The notes below the pieces were generated by a model. That model had not been told where the DNA came from and searched no databases. It saw only the letters and a program-made list of their open reading frames with translations. The position numbers and the translations under genes were made by a program. 64,000 bases of DNA. Origin: Escherichia coli (GTDB lineage Bacteria > Pseudomonadota > Gammaproteobacteria > Enterobacterales > Enterobacteriaceae). Numbering within the stretch: position 1 is the stretch's first letter; each line of letters opens with the position of its first letter. Location of the stretch: the NCBI RefSeq assembly GCF_003018255.1, contig NZ_CP027440.1; one strand, 5' to 3'. Positions 63,434 through 64,000 of this stretch are shown here, piece after piece.

Positions 63434-63966
63434 TACGCCACCTCCGCAGATATCCCGGCAGGCGCGGCCGTCCGGTCAACAATCAGGTAACGCAGAACGC
63501 GCGAGGTGATATTCCAGCCGCTTAAACCGCAGATAATGACACCCAGGCGTATGTCGATATACGCCATCACAAACTGGGGCACGCCTTCTTTCATGGCCTG
63601 CTCATCAACTTCAGCCACCACATAAACGGTTTCACAGGTCAGAACGCCCTGAGCAAATTCCCACGCCATTGACGGAATATCATGCCCCTCAATCCACGGC
63701 AGGGATTTTCTGAAGCTGCACCACTGAACATCATCAGCCGCACCTTCCTGGCTGCATTTGCGACGAACCGGCTGCACCGGGCGGGGACGCGGAATATCAT
63801 AAAAACCGTTACATTCCGTCAGCACCCCGGCATCGACCGCATCACGCAGAAAATAAACCATCGAGGATGGCGGCATATTCATTTTTTCAGCCAGAATGCC
63901 GCAGGTCAGACGCCCGTAAATACTCAGCCAGTTTTTAACCCCTTCAAGCACTTTTGCATCAATCAT
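63433..63966 (-). CDS. hypothetical early-region protein with N-terminal winged-helix-like segment
   Basis: 177-aa ORF. Confidence 0.4.
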   Translation of the reverse strand: MIDAKVLEGVKNWLSIYGRLTCGILAEKMNMPPSSMVYFLRDAVDAGVLTECNGFYDIPRPRPVQPVRRKCSQEGAADDVQWCSFRKSLPWIEGHDIPSMAWEFAQGVLTCETVYVVAEVDEQAMKEGVPQFVMAYIDIRLGVIICGLSGWNITSRVLRYLIVDRTAAPAGISAEVA

Positions 63967-64000
63967 GAATTATTCCTCCGTCAGCGCCACATATTCAGAA

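Larger units (their letters stand above)
32160..64000 (-). mobile_element. Mu-like transposable prophage, right end through early region (left end with transposase and repressor lies beyond the window)
   Basis: Mu-order minus-strand gene string: mom, com, gin, G-type segment, baseplate, tape measure, sheath/tube, head T/I/G/F, portal, terminase, SAR lysis genes, Mor/C, GemA; begins inside melA. Confidence 0.85.

Overview
The window is an Escherichia coli-type chromosomal segment (als, phn, crfC-yjcZ, proP, pmrR-basSR-eptA, adi and mel loci, recognised from ORF content and gene order) whose melA gene is cut at about 32160 by the right end of a Mu-like transposable prophage that runs to the window end at 64000. 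Host part (1-32160): alsA (partial), alsB, rpiR/alsR, rpiB, yjdP, the complete phnP-to-phnC phosphonate operon with an uninterrupted phnE and three REP clusters, phnB/yjdN, phnA/yjdM, crfC, yjcZ, proP, pmrR, basS, basR, eptA, adiC, adiY, an adiA carrying one in-frame amber codon, melR and a 3'-truncated melA. Prophage part (32160-64000, all genes on the minus strand, Mu gene order): terminal repeats, mom and com with a GATC-rich upstream region, a cargo island (zinc-ribbon ORF, two small ORFs, a 682-aa esterase-like protein), a gin-type invertase next to a 1.37-kb invertible tail-fibre segment bounded by gix-like sites, baseplate, tape measure, sheath and tube, head, portal and terminase genes, a lysis cassette, one Mor/C-family activator, a GemA-like gene and about 2.6 kb of uncharacterised early-region ORFs. 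The transposase and repressor end lies beyond the window. No CRISPR array, rRNA or convincing tRNA was found. All family assignments rest on motif and synteny recognition by eye; no database search was run.
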